DNA of 63,518 nucleotides, counting the filler, from Thermoplasmatota archaeon (lineage in GTDB: Archaea > Thermoplasmatota > E2 > JACPAO01 > JAHFTW01): NCBI GenBank assembly GCA_041623215.1. It is 13 parts of 13 records of this genome, joined end to end, with 100 filler letters (N's around TTAATTAATTAA, not from the genome) between each part and the next. Parts side by side here need not be neighbours in the genome. Positions count along the whole stretch, not along the records: positions 5,137 to 10,080 come from JBFJXH010000134.1; positions 10,181 to 15,089 come from JBFJXH010000135.1; positions 15,190 to 20,080 come from JBFJXH010000136.1; 10 more parts are not named here. One strand, 5' to 3'. The notes below the pieces were generated by a model, which saw nothing but the letters and a program-made list of their open reading frames with translations, was not told where the DNA came from and did not search any database. The translations under genes and the position numbers were made by a program. Of the stretch, positions 8,833 through 19,305 are shown piece after piece; the first letter of the stretch is position 1; every line of letters begins with the position of its first letter.

Positions 8833-10080
8833 GTGACCTTGGACAAGGCAGCCGCCCGCGCCGCCTTGGCCATTGCTGAAGCAGGCCCAGGAACCCAGTG
8901 GCTCCTGGCCACGGATACCGATGCCGACGGCCTAGCAAGCGGCGCCATCATGGCAACCGCGCTGCGGCGCCTCGGACACGTTGTGACGGTCCGAGCAAGT
9001 CGCGACAAAACCCTCGAAGGGCTCCTTGCGGCGATTGGGGGCCGCCACGACGGCATCATGTTTCTTGACAAGGCAACTGGTCACGCGCTTTCGTTGGCCC
9101 GGCAGGCAGCCGAGGCAGGGCGCCACCTCGTCATCGTGGACCATCATGCCCTGCCCGCCGACCCGCTGCCCGACACCGTTCTTCTCGTCAACCCTAGAAA
9201 CGAAGGATTGGATGGTGGCAAGGACGCGTGCAGCAGCACGACCGCGCTAGCGGTCGCCTTGGAGCTCAATCCGGCCAACGTGGATCTGGCTGCCACGGCA
9301 CTCGTGGGCGCCATCGGCGACTGGCAGCACGTCGGCGGATGGCAAGGCTGGAATCACGAGTGCCTGAAGCGTGGAATCGAAGCGGGGTCCGTCCAGCGCC
9401 GGCCGGGCTTGCACCTGGCGGGTGGCCCACTGCGTCGTGCATTGGAGCTTGGCACGGCCGGTCACGTTCTGTCGCAGGCAGGAATCGACGACCCTGGCTC
9501 CTGGCTTGCAGAGCTGGGCATTGACCCGATGGCTACGGTAGATGCACTGGCCGATGATGAGCACCAGAGACTCGCCGACGCTCTCGTGGCCACCGCGATT
9601 GCCGCAAACGTCCCTGCCAAACAACTGGCCAAGCTAACCGGTGACACGCTCATGCACGCACGCCTTGCCCTGCCGCTGCGGCAAGTCTTCGCGCTAGCCG
9701 ATGCCTGCGGCCGCCAAGGGCAAACAGGTCTCGGCATTGCCCTCTTGATGGGTGACCGCACTGCCCTGGAAGGCGCGCAGCGTTGTCTGCAAGCCTACCA
9801 GGAAGCGATTCATGGCGGCTTGCAGCAATTGCAGCAGACCATCCGACGGGAAGCGAACCTGCAATGGGGTCGTATTGACAATCCCGCCTACACGGGCATG
9901 GTGGCCGGCTTGGGCATGGAGCATGCGCTCGCCGACGATGCCGTTCCCGCCGTGGTTGCGGCGCCACGAGCCGATGGTTCGCTCCAAGTGAGCACCCGTG
10001 GAACGCAGGATTTGGTCGCGCAAGGCCTCGACTTGGCAACCGCCGTCCAAGACGCGGCTGCAACCGCTGGCGGCGAGGGA
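8833..10080 (+). CDS. archaeal RecJ-like DHH/DHHA1 phosphoesterase, 3' truncated
   Basis: DTDADG, IVDHH, VNP, GAIGD, DACGR and VSTRG motifs; usual position after rps15. Confidence 0.88.
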
Positions 10081-10257
10081 NNNNNNNNNNNNNNNNNNNN
10101 NNNNNNNNNNNNNNNNNNNNNNNNTTAATTAATTAANNNNNNNNNNNNNNNNNNNNNNNNNNNNNNNNNNNNNNNNNNNNGCAGAACATGAAGCTGCGTT
10201 TGGAACCATGTGACGGAGTTCCGGCAGCGTTTTCTTCACGCCCGGAAATGATGCCCC

Positions 10258-10896
10258 ATGCGCCGAGCCCTAGCGCTGATTATCAGCGGTCTACTACTGG
10301 GACTTCTTGTCGCCCCAATCACTTCGGCAGATTGCCACCGAATTAAATTCAGGTGCGAAGAGGACCTCATCGACCTCCCCAGCCGCGACATTACCGAGTA
10401 CCAGGAGCCAAAGGGCTCCACAAGCTTCGAAACCGACAATGTCACGGGCAACGCGGCGGCCGACACCGACAACACGGACCGCAACGGGGACGGTGTGCAT
10501 GAAACGTCGCCGGGGGGAACGGGAACCATCTCCATCCGCGTTGCCAGTAAGAGCGACGCGCCTCGCGCCGTTATTCTCTACATCCATGAACCCCACGGGG
10601 CCGAATTGTTGGGGGACCCGTGGATTAACGCGACGGTTGGTCCATCCGGCTCAACCTTTGACTTCCGTTATCAGGTGAACGGGGGCGAACGTTGGGATCA
10701 CGTCCATTTTGACTTCGATGTCATCGTAGACCAGGGCAGTGCTGGAGAGGAAACAGCCTCCGACTTCGTTAGCGTCGAAGTGCGGCCTTCCGTCTCCACG
10801 TCGCTCCTGCATGTTTGGTGGGTCGTGCTCATTGTCGCCCTAGCAGCGGGTGCGGCTGCCTTTGGCATCGGCCATACCGTTGGCAAAAAGCACTGA
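10258..10896 (+). CDS. secreted, C-terminally anchored hypothetical protein
   Basis: Signal peptide MRRALALIISGLLLG, beta-rich middle, C-terminal TM followed by KKH. Confidence 0.7.
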   Translation: MRRALALIISGLLLGLLVAPITSADCHRIKFRCEEDLIDLPSRDITEYQEPKGSTSFETDNVTGNAAADTDNTDRNGDGVHETSPGGTGTISIRVASKSDAPRAVILYIHEPHGAELLGDPWINATVGPSGSTFDFRYQVNGGERWDHVHFDFDVIVDQGSAGEETASDFVSVEVRPSVSTSLLHVWWVVLIVALAAGAAAFGIGHTVGKKH

Positions 10897-10909
10897 TTCT
10901 GGGCCGCGT

Positions 10910-11578
10910 CTACGCTTCGCCCTCGCCCTCAGGAGCGGCCTTAACCTCGTCGTTGGAAGCAACTTCGGCGGTGGGTCGCGTGGCAACACGGGCATACCGT
11001 AGCACCCGCTCCCCGAGCCGGTAGCCGGGCTTGACCACGCGGCTGACGGCGCCGGGCGCCACCTCGCCTCCATCGCGGGCCACGATGCCCGTGGCCGGCT
11101 CCTCCTCGGCCACCGCTTCGTGCAGGGCTGCATCAAAGGGCTCGCCCACGCAGCCAATAGGCGTGACACCCTCCGACTCCAGCATCCGGTCAAACTCACG
11201 CACAATCATTTTGACCCCTTCCGCAAGCGGACCGGGTTGGCGCTCGGCCTCCATGGCCGCCATTTGACTGTATTCGTACACGGTCAGGAAATGTTCGAGC
11301 ACGCGTGCCTTGACTCGGTCGCGTTCTAGCGTTGCATCTCGTTCGACGCGTTTTTGCAGATTCGTGTAGTCTGCGCGCGCCCTTGCCAATCGGTCACGCA
11401 AGTCGGCAATGGTGGCTTCGGATTCATCGTGCTGGCCCTCAGCCTCGGCCCGGGACGCCGCGCCCTCTTCACGCCCACCCGACGTCGTCTCGGGCACGGC
11501 CTCGCTCTCTTCAGGCTGTTTGCCGGGAGCTTCCGATTCACTGCGGTTGCCGCCATCCGATGTCTCCTTGCGGCTCAT
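10910..11578 (-). CDS. grpE: nucleotide exchange factor GrpE
   Basis: RARADYTNLQKR, GEPFDAALHEAV, VVKPGYRLGERVLRYARV. Confidence 0.95.
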   Translation of the reverse strand: MSRKETSDGGNRSESEAPGKQPEESEAVPETTSGGREEGAASRAEAEGQHDESEATIADLRDRLARARADYTNLQKRVERDATLERDRVKARVLEHFLTVYEYSQMAAMEAERQPGPLAEGVKMIVREFDRMLESEGVTPIGCVGEPFDAALHEAVAEEEPATGIVARDGGEVAPGAVSRVVKPGYRLGERVLRYARVATRPTAEVASNDEVKAAPEGEGEA

Positions 11579-11677
11579 GACGGCGCGGCCGACTCTGGGG
11601 TCTTCTTTGAGCCTTGCGCGCCGCAACTAAGGCCGGATTCCTAGGGGCCGCAGATGACAAGGGGGCCCGTCGCCCGG

Positions 11678-12973
11678 TCACAGGGCTGGCACGATGTCAT
11701 CCAACGTTGGACGAGGCTCGTCCAATGGAGATAGGACCAATCCACTGGTAATTTTGGGTATGAAATAGGTCGATTTCTGGGGCATCACATGGCCTGCCGC
11801 GGCCACATCCAGGACCGAGTTAACGGGCAAGCCCGCTAGCAAGACGGCCACTTCACAAGCGCCGGCACGAACGGCCGCCACCGCCTCCGTGGCGCTTCGT
11901 GTATACGTGACATGGCCCTCAAGGTTCTCCGGCGTGACGCCCCACGCATCGGCCAACAGCCGCGTATGAAGCCGTGTAACATTCAACTCATCCAAGCGCC
12001 CACGACCTTCATCCACATCACCCTCGGCGCGAAGCCTTAGCACATGCGCCTCGGCCGGGGTGTCACGGTGGATGACTGCCACGGTGCGGTCGTCCTCGAT
12101 GGCCGCCATGACCGCAGCGGCAGCGTCTTCGTCAGAAGCCCCAATCGGAATGGTCCGCGCGTCCCACGACGCGGCGGCCCTGACCAGTGATTGGACGGAT
12201 TGGTCCAGGCCAGAGACGAGCCGGTGGGTAGGGTCGATGGTGATACCAGGGTGGGTGTCGCGTACCAAGAGCATGAGGATGCCGCCATCTTCATCGCGAC
12301 CGGTCTCCTGCCAATGATGCAACGCGGTTTGGTACCGGTGATGGCCATCGGCAATGACCAGGTGCCGGTCTTGGAATTGGGCAATAATCTCGCCCACAGC
12401 TTCCGGGCGACTGACGCGCCACAGCCGCTGCCGACCACCCGCTTCATCCTCGAAGTCTAGAACGGGCTCCAGGGCATTGCTTCGAAGTACCTCATCAACC
12501 CAACCGCGCTCGTCTCGATACAATGCCTGAATGGGCTCGGTATTGCAATTCGTGGCACGCATGAGATGCAATCGGTCTGCCTTCGGTTTCTTGAGCGTCG
12601 CCTCGTGGCGCCGGACCGTTTGATATTCAGAATCGAGGGCCACCCGGGCAAAGAAGCCCTCCATGGTGCCCCGTTCGTGCTGGACCTCCAGGAAATAGAA
12701 CGCTGGCTCCGCGTCACGAGTCAAGGTGCCCTCGGCAAGCCACGTATCCAATGTTTCGGCAGCCCGCTGGTAGCGATTGGGTTCGCCCGGGGGCTCCTGG
12801 TCGCCGTCCTGGGCTGGCGGTAGAATGACGCGTACAATGTTGTGGCTGTCCGCCGCCAAGTAGGCATCGCGCTGCTCCGAAGATTGGACATCGTAGGGAG
12901 GACTTGTTGCGCGCCCCAGATTCACGCGTTTGGCGTCGTAATGCACGGCCTTGAAAGGCGCAATAGCAACCAC
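11678..12973 (-). CDS. DUF1015 family protein
   Basis: IAPFKA, SPPYDV, HEATL, IADGHHRY, MPQKSTYFIPK..SGL. Confidence 0.9.
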   Translation of the reverse strand: MVAIAPFKAVHYDAKRVNLGRATSPPYDVQSSEQRDAYLAADSHNIVRVILPPAQDGDQEPPGEPNRYQRAAETLDTWLAEGTLTRDAEPAFYFLEVQHERGTMEGFFARVALDSEYQTVRRHEATLKKPKADRLHLMRATNCNTEPIQALYRDERGWVDEVLRSNALEPVLDFEDEAGGRQRLWRVSRPEAVGEIIAQFQDRHLVIADGHHRYQTALHHWQETGRDEDGGILMLLVRDTHPGITIDPTHRLVSGLDQSVQSLVRAAASWDARTIPIGASDEDAAAAVMAAIEDDRTVAVIHRDTPAEAHVLRLRAEGDVDEGRGRLDELNVTRLHTRLLADAWGVTPENLEGHVTYTRSATEAVAAVRAGACEVAVLLAGLPVNSVLDVAAAGHVMPQKSTYFIPKITSGLVLSPLDEPRPTLDDIVPAL

Positions 12974-13036
12974 AACGTTGGCACCCGCGCCCCCTATTTG
13001 GGCCCCACGACAAGCGGCCGGCCAGGACGGCCCACG

Positions 13037-13657
13037 TTAGCTATAGGTCGACGCTGCGCGCGGCACCGACTGTGCTTCTCGCAGCACTAGGTCCGCTACG
13101 GCGTCGGCCAACGGGTGCGGCAGGATGACGACAACCCGACTGGCATTGCCCTGGTAGCGGCGCACCAAGGCGTGGGCCATGGCGCGGTAATCATCCCAGA
13201 GAACTTGGCGAAGCTTGGGTAGACGAGCCACGTAGAGCGCATGCAACTTGTGCAGTGCGTGGCGCGGTGTTGGCGCATCGAAGCCCTCACGGCGAATCAT
13301 GTTCTCCAGCCCCTTCACGCCTTTGCGGCCCTTGGGTAGTCGGGCCGCCGGGCGAGGAAGTGCGGGGCGCGCCGACACTGCTTCGAGGCTGGACCAATCA
13401 AGCACGGCTCGCCATACGGCATTTGGCTCAGCACGCCATCGTTGCAGCAACTGGTCGTAGATGACACGTTCGAGCCGATCCAAATGACCCGGTTGGTCGT
13501 GCAATCGGTCCCACAAATCAACGCTCAGTCCCAGTTCAATTACTTGCGGTTGAAGGGTCTTGAGGCTCTTGAGGACGGCATCAACGCTGCCAGGGTCGTG
13601 GATGACCGCGCCAATGAAGTGTAGCCGCGAGCGGCCTACTGGAACGAAGCGTTGCAT
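13037..13657 (-). CDS. hypothetical protein, distant TraB/PrgY-like
   Basis: N-terminus LHFIGAVIHDPGSVDAVLKSLKTLQPQVIELGL resembles the TraB N-terminal motif; closely coupled to the upstream gene. Confidence 0.55.
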   Translation of the reverse strand: MQRFVPVGRSRLHFIGAVIHDPGSVDAVLKSLKTLQPQVIELGLSVDLWDRLHDQPGHLDRLERVIYDQLLQRWRAEPNAVWRAVLDWSSLEAVSARPALPRPAARLPKGRKGVKGLENMIRREGFDAPTPRHALHKLHALYVARLPKLRQVLWDDYRAMAHALVRRYQGNASRVVVILPHPLADAVADLVLREAQSVPRAASTYS

Positions 13658-13659
13658 GC

Positions 13660-14226
13660 TCAGGGGCCGCGCGGTGCATCGCGCGCGACCGGCCCGCCGG
13701 CACCGGTTACGGTTTGCCAGCGTCCCGCCATGTGGTCGGCGCGGTATTGATGGTATCGTTTGCCATTTTTGACAGCCATGTCGCGCATCCGGGCATCATC
13801 CTTCTTTACGACACGGCATGGCGCCCCGACAGCCAAGCTGCCCGCCGGGACCGAAAAGCCTGCCGGCACCAGCGCCAAGGCACCAATCACGGCGGCCTCC
13901 CCCACGACTGCGTCATCCAAGACGACAGCATTCATGCCAACAAGGGCATGGTCCTCAATGGTGGCTCCGTGCACGATTGCTCCGTGTCCGAGGCTCACGT
14001 CGCGTCCGATGGAGACGGGGCTCCCGTGATGGGTATGCAGAACGACGCAATCTTGGACGTTGGCGCCTTCTCGTACGACAATGGGCTCGATGTCGCCGCG
14101 AAGGACGGCATTGGGTCCAATGAAGCAGTCTGCCTCAATCGTGACGTTACCGATGATTTGGCAACCGGCCGCTAGATAGGCGTCGGCGTGGATGGTGGGG
14201 CCCTGGGGCGTTGGCTTGGAGGTCAC
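13660..14226 (-). CDS. gamma carbonic anhydrase / PaaY-like hexapeptide-repeat protein
   Basis: IIGNV, NAVLRGD, NVQDCVVLH, LGHGAIVHGA, VGMNAVV. Confidence 0.92.
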   Translation of the reverse strand: MTSKPTPQGPTIHADAYLAAGCQIIGNVTIEADCFIGPNAVLRGDIEPIVVREGANVQDCVVLHTHHGSPVSIGRDVSLGHGAIVHGATIEDHALVGMNAVVLDDAVVGEAAVIGALALVPAGFSVPAGSLAVGAPCRVVKKDDARMRDMAVKNGKRYHQYRADHMAGRWQTVTGAGGPVARDAPRGP

Positions 14227-14267
14227 GGACAGAAGCGTTATGCCCGGACCCCGACCTAAACACGACC

Positions 14268-15089
14268 GTGTACCGGACACGCGCCTTGCTGTGCCTACTA
14301 GCCTTCCTTAGTCTGTCCCTTACAGGATGCTTCGGCGGCAGCGATGCCGCCGACACGCCGGACCCCGGCACCTCGCCGGGCGGCAGCGGCGGGGACCCGA
14401 ATGGCTCGGGGGCCGGGCCTTCCAACGAGAACGGCACGACGTCGGTCCCCACCATTGAGGAATTCGAGGACCCAAGCCATTACTGCGTCAGAAACGGCCT
14501 CGAGCGCGAGAACGCCCCCGACCTTGAAGGCCGACCCTGGATTTTCGGCCAGTCGTGGACCTACAGCTTGGTCGTGGACGGCACCGACCACGGCGAGACG
14601 AAGTTGGTGTACTACGATTTGCAAGACAACGGCCAGCACTACATGGTGGGAACCCCCACCCGGGAGGAGGCCCTCCTGCACGCGGTTCGTAGCATCAATC
14701 CCATGATTGGCCGCGTCCACCAAGCGCTCTACTCCCCGCACGAGTCGGGGGACCATGCGGACATGTTCCATTTCCCCTTGTGCGATGGCAGCACATGGCA
14801 GACCGTCTTCTACGGCGAGACGTTCAGCCTGACCGCATCGCCCACAAGCATTTCTGTGCCGGGCAAGGGCAATGCAGGCGGGTACCGGATCCAAGGCGCA
14901 TCAGCGGAGGGCAGCACCTTGACCATTGACTATGCCTTGGCGGCCCAATGGTTCACGCGCATTGACTTGCAGCGAGCCGACGGCGGCACCGTCAACATGG
15001 ACCTGACCGCCCTGGATACTGGATACACGGGAGAGGCATTCTTCCTTCGCGGCCAAAAAGACGAGATGGTGAGCCTTGCCCTCACGCCC
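14268..15089 (+). CDS. lipoprotein of unknown function, 3' truncated
   Basis: Signal peptide with lipobox LTG-C, Gly/Pro/Ser linker, beta-rich domain. Confidence 0.75.
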
Positions 15090-15190
15090 NNNNNNNNNNN
15101 NNNNNNNNNNNNNNNNNNNNNNNNNNNNNNNNNTTAATTAATTAANNNNNNNNNNNNNNNNNNNNNNNNNNNNNNNNNNNNNNNNNNNNC

Positions 15191-15568
15191 CTGCCCCGCG
15201 TGATGGATGGCCGCCTCGAGCTTTGCAGCGTCGCGGGTTGGCGTGACCTCGTGCCCGGAGCCTTCGGCATCTTGGAGCCGGCGAGCCACTGCGAGCTGGT
15301 CGCCCTGGCGGACGTGGATTTGGCCGTGATTCCCGGGGTCGCCTTCACCCAGACCGGAGACCGACTGGGACAGGGAGGGGGCTACTATGACCGGTTGTTG
15401 GCGCGGCAGGCGGCCGGGCCAGGGAGGCCCGGGCCGGGTCACAGGCCGCCCGTCTGGGGCGTCGCCTTCGAAGCGCAACTGGTGGCGTCGTTGCCGGTTG
15501 AGCCGCATGATGTGCAGGTGGATGCAGTGTTCACGCAAGCGGATGCCCTGGGTGCGAGTGCAGGGTGA
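15191..15568 (+). CDS. 5-formyltetrahydrofolate cyclo-ligase, 5' truncated
   Basis: GAFGILEP, PGVAF...RLGQGGGYYDRLL, PVEPHD. Confidence 0.92.
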   Translation: MPRVMDGRLELCSVAGWRDLVPGAFGILEPASHCELVALADVDLAVIPGVAFTQTGDRLGQGGGYYDRLLARQAAGPGRPGPGHRPPVWGVAFEAQLVASLPVEPHDVQVDAVFTQADALGASAG

Positions 15569-15685
15569 ACCAGTTCGACTTCTAGCGTTATGTTTGGCTT
15601 TTGCCGAAGTCAAACGTTGACATTGCAGTGTATTGTCGAACTGATTCGAACAGTGTTCAAATAGGCGGAGCAACGAGCTCAAACC

Positions 15686-15811
15686 ATGGTCGGTCCTTTG
15701 GGAAACCCCGTGCAAGTGCTATTGCACGATGAATTCGGTATCGATTCCTTTGCCCTCGATGGCGACACATCGCCCGTCGAAGAAACGTGGCAAGACCGCC
15801 ACCGTCGCTAA
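15686..15811 (+). CDS. putative small protein, 41 aa
   Basis: Manual ORF MVGPLGNPVQVLLHDEFGIDSFALDGDTSPVEETWQDRHRR*; TTCAAATA about 25 nt upstream. Confidence 0.4.
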   Translation: MVGPLGNPVQVLLHDEFGIDSFALDGDTSPVEETWQDRHRR

Positions 15812-15837
15812 GGTGACGGCGCCTCCGCGCGCGCTCC

Positions 15838-16353
15838 TCAGCTTGGGCGGCCGCCCGGTGGGGCCGTGTAGGTGCCGCGCACGACGCCCCATGACAGGAC
15901 ATGGGGCTCCAGCGCCTTGATGGCCTCCACGGCGTTCGTGCCGGGCTCAAGACTAATCGGGCCGTCGAGGCAATAGAGGTAGAATGCGTAATCGCGTTGG
16001 CCCGCCTTCGGGAAGGGGCCGTCGTATTGCGCGCGTCCCCACGAATTGCGGCCGACGGTGGCACGGTACAAGCTGACGTTGGCGCCTTCTGGCAGGTCTG
16101 TTTGCTGTTCGGGCAGGTCCCAGAACACCCAGTGAATCCACGGCTCCTCACTGATGCCTCCCGTGGCAACCATCACGAGAGCATACACCTCATTGTCGGG
16201 GTGCGGATTGGACCACGCCAACGCAGGCGACAAGTCGCGGCCGTAGCAGGAATTGCGCTCTGGAACTGGCTCGCCATCGCCAAATGCGGCCGATGTAAGC
16301 GTCAGAGATTGCGGCTTTCCAAAGCCAGGATTTTCCAGCCACGTACTCAGCAC
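15838..16353 (-). CDS. YbhB/YbcL (PEBP/RKIP-like) protein
   Basis: LTLTSAAF, SPALAWS, WIHWVFWDLP, GRNSWG...YDGPFP, YAFYLYCLD. Start position uncertain. Confidence 0.9.
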   Translation of the reverse strand: MLSTWLENPGFGKPQSLTLTSAAFGDGEPVPERNSCYGRDLSPALAWSNPHPDNEVYALVMVATGGISEEPWIHWVFWDLPEQQTDLPEGANVSLYRATVGRNSWGRAQYDGPFPKAGQRDYAFYLYCLDGPISLEPGTNAVEAIKALEPHVLSWGVVRGTYTAPPGGRPS

Positions 16354-16471
16354 AGAACCTAGAGTGCAGGGGGGCTTTGAAAGGGCGTTGGAAGAAGCGC
16401 CGTTGCTGGCCGCCGCGACCGCAGACCGGGCCAACCTTGAAACGGCGACCGGCGTGGCCCATTTGAGCACC

Positions 16472-18793
16472 ATGACCCCCGAGACTGTGACCATGGAGGC
16501 GGCTGCCCCCGACGCCGCGAGCCTCGCCGACCCCCTTGCCTCCACGCCGGAATTCGTCCGCGCGACGTACGAGAAAATGCAGGAGCGCATCGCCATCGTC
16601 CGCAAGCGCCTCGGCCGCCCCTTGACGCTGGCGGAGAAAATTCTCTACGGTCACCTGGACGATCCAGCCAATGCGGATTTGACCCGGCAAAAGGCGTACC
16701 TAGACTTGCGGCCCGACCGCATCACCATGCAGGATGCCACCGCACAAATGGCCATGCTGCAATTTCTGACCACTGGCAAGCCGACCACGGCTGTGCCCAC
16801 TACCATTCACGCCGATCACCTGATTGCGGCGAAAACTGGCGCTGGCCCTGACCTAGCCGCAGCTAACACCAACAATGCTGAGGTGTACGAATTCCTTCGG
16901 ACGGCTGCCGCCAAGACCGGGTGTGGCTTCTGGAAGCCTGGCGCCGGCATTATCCACCAAGTGGCTCTTGAGCAATACGCCTTCCCTGGCCAGATGCTCA
17001 TTGGAACCGACAGTCACACGCCCAATGGTGGCGGCCTGTGCCAATGGGCCTCCGGCGTGGGTGGGGCTGACGCCGTCGATGTCATGGCGGGCTTCCCTTG
17101 GGAAGTGCTGCACCCCAAGATTATTGGCGTCAAGCTGACGGGCAAAATGTCCGGCTGGACGGCCCCCAAAGATGTCATCCTGAAGCTGTGTGGCATTTTG
17201 ACGGTCAAGGGCGGCACCAACGCCGTGCTGGAATTCTTTGGCGACGGCTGCGAATCCATCAGTGCCACCGGCAAGTGCACCATTACCAACATGGGTGCCG
17301 AGCACGGCGCCACGACCAGCATCTTCCCGCACGATGGGCGCATGGACACGTATCTGCACGCCATCAGCCGAGGCGACATCGTGGACGTCGTCAACGAATT
17401 CCACGACGAGCTTCTCGTAGCCGACGCTGAAGTCTTGGCCGACCCCGCAAGCTACTTTGACCAAATCATTGAGATTGACCTCTCGACGCTGGAGCCCCAC
17501 CTGGTTGGGCCCCACACGCCTGACCTGGCGCGCCCGGTGTCCGCCATGCGCGACGCTGTCGCCGCGGAGGGCTACCCCGACGCCATCAGTGCGTCTCTCA
17601 TCGGCAGTTGCACCAACTCAAGCTACGAAGACATGGTACGCACCGTCGCGGTCGCCAAGCAAGCGTTGGCGCATGGCGTCAAGGCGCAGACGCCGCTTCT
17701 TATTACGCCTGGCAGTGAACAGGTGCACCTAACGATTCAACGCGACGGCATCATGGCGACGCTCAATGAAGCCGGTGCCACCGTGCTGGCAAATGCGTGT
17801 GGCCCCTGCATCGGTCAATGGGACCGCCCGGAAGCAGAGAACACGGAACCCAACACCATTGTCACGAGTTACAATCGCAACTTCCCCAAGCGTAACGATG
17901 GCAGCGCCAAGACGCAAGCCTTCATCGGCAGCCCCGAAATCGTCATGGCCTATGCGTTGGCGGGAAGCCTCAGCTTCAACCCGTTGGAGGACGAAATCAC
18001 CATCGATGGGAAATCCTTCACGCTAACCCCGCCCGAACCTGCCCCGGAGGTTCCCGAGGGTGGCTTTGTGCCAGACCCGCACGGCTACATTGCCCCGCCG
18101 TCCGAGGACGCCGCCGCCATCGACGTCGTGGTTGCCGACGATTCTGAGCGCTTGCAACTGCTAAGTCCCTTCCCAACCCGCACGGTCGAGCAACTGCAGA
18201 AGATGCCACTGCTGCTGAAGGCCAAAGGCAAGTGCACCACCGATCACATTAGCCAAGCTGGCCCGTGGCTCCGGTTTAGGGGCCACCTGGACAACATTAG
18301 CGACAACTGCTACATCGGGGCCAACTCCGCCTTCCACGAGCATGTGGGTGGCCGCGTAGACGAAGCCGATGGCAAGGTGAAATTGTACCCGGAAATTGCC
18401 CGGCGCTACAAGGCGGAAGGCGTAACGTGGTGCGTCGTTGGCGACGAAAACTTTGGCGAGGGTAGCAGCCGCGAACACGCAGCCATGGAACCCCGCCACC
18501 TGGGCTGCGGCATGATTATCACGCGTAGTTTTGCCCGTATTCACGAAACCAATCTGAAGAAGCAGGGCATCTTGCCACTGACCTTCGCGGACCCGGCAGA
18601 CTACGACAAGATTCGTGAGGACGACCTCGTGACGGCGGACGTGTCCAACCTGGCACCTGGCAACCCCGTCGTGGTCACCTTAACGCATGCTGATGGGTCC
18701 ACAGAATCGTTCGACGGCAAACACACCATGTCCGACGACCAGATCAAGTGGTTCTGGGCCGGCAGCGCCCTCAACCTGCTGCGCGGCCAATAA
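16472..18793 (+). CDS. acnA: aconitate hydratase, mitochondrial-like type
   Basis: RPDRITMQDATAQMAMLQF, IHADHLI, GIIHQV, GTDSHTPN, IGSCTNSSY, NACGPCIGQW, GEGSSREHAA; about 770 aa. Confidence 0.95.
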   Translation: MTPETVTMEAAAPDAASLADPLASTPEFVRATYEKMQERIAIVRKRLGRPLTLAEKILYGHLDDPANADLTRQKAYLDLRPDRITMQDATAQMAMLQFLTTGKPTTAVPTTIHADHLIAAKTGAGPDLAAANTNNAEVYEFLRTAAAKTGCGFWKPGAGIIHQVALEQYAFPGQMLIGTDSHTPNGGGLCQWASGVGGADAVDVMAGFPWEVLHPKIIGVKLTGKMSGWTAPKDVILKLCGILTVKGGTNAVLEFFGDGCESISATGKCTITNMGAEHGATTSIFPHDGRMDTYLHAISRGDIVDVVNEFHDELLVADAEVLADPASYFDQIIEIDLSTLEPHLVGPHTPDLARPVSAMRDAVAAEGYPDAISASLIGSCTNSSYEDMVRTVAVAKQALAHGVKAQTPLLITPGSEQVHLTIQRDGIMATLNEAGATVLANACGPCIGQWDRPEAENTEPNTIVTSYNRNFPKRNDGSAKTQAFIGSPEIVMAYALAGSLSFNPLEDEITIDGKSFTLTPPEPAPEVPEGGFVPDPHGYIAPPSEDAAAIDVVVADDSERLQLLSPFPTRTVEQLQKMPLLLKAKGKCTTDHISQAGPWLRFRGHLDNISDNCYIGANSAFHEHVGGRVDEADGKVKLYPEIARRYKAEGVTWCVVGDENFGEGSSREHAAMEPRHLGCGMIITRSFARIHETNLKKQGILPLTFADPADYDKIREDDLVTADVSNLAPGNPVVVTLTHADGSTESFDGKHTMSDDQIKWFWAGSALNLLRGQ

Positions 18794-18845
18794 GCGGCCG
18801 GGAGTGGCCCCCAACACCCAAGTACCAAGCGCGCTCGGCGGAGCC

Positions 18846-19268
18846 ATGGCCATTGAAAACGGCAGCAACGTCAGCGTCCACTACACCGGCAAGCTCGAAG
18901 ACGGCAGCGTCTTCGATTCCAGTGAAGGTCGCGACCCGCTACAATTCCGTGTTGGCACCGGGCAACTCATCGCGGGCTTCGAGGCCGCCGTCATGGGCAA
19001 GGACGTTGGTGACAAGGTCACAGCCGAGATTGAGCCGGCCGACGGCTACGGCGAGCGCCGCGAAGAAATGGTCCAAGATGTCCCCCGGGAAGCGTTGCAG
19101 GGCGCCGAAGTGGAGCTGGGCCAAATGCTAGCCTTCCAAGGCCCCGAGGGCCAACAATTCCAAGGAACGGTCATGGGCCTCACCGACGAAGTGGTGAAGA
19201 TGGACTTCAACCACTTCCTCGCCGGCAAGGCCTTGACGTTCGACATTGAAATTGTCGCGGTTGAATGA
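18846..19268 (+). CDS. slyD: FKBP-type peptidyl-prolyl isomerase (SlyD/SlpA type)
   Basis: VHYTGKLEDGSVFDSS, LIAGFE, DFNHFLAGKALTF. Confidence 0.93.
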   Translation: MAIENGSNVSVHYTGKLEDGSVFDSSEGRDPLQFRVGTGQLIAGFEAAVMGKDVGDKVTAEIEPADGYGERREEMVQDVPREALQGAEVELGQMLAFQGPEGQQFQGTVMGLTDEVVKMDFNHFLAGKALTFDIEIVAVE

Positions 19269-19305
19269 GGCGCCGGCCTCTGGGCTCTGCCCGGTCAGGA
19301 CGAGA

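Noticed and set aside
15569..15685. 6S RNA next to the 5-formyl-THF cyclo-ligase gene
   Set aside because: 6S RNA lies upstream of that gene in bacteria, is about 180 nt, and is not known in archaea. This element is downstream and shorter.
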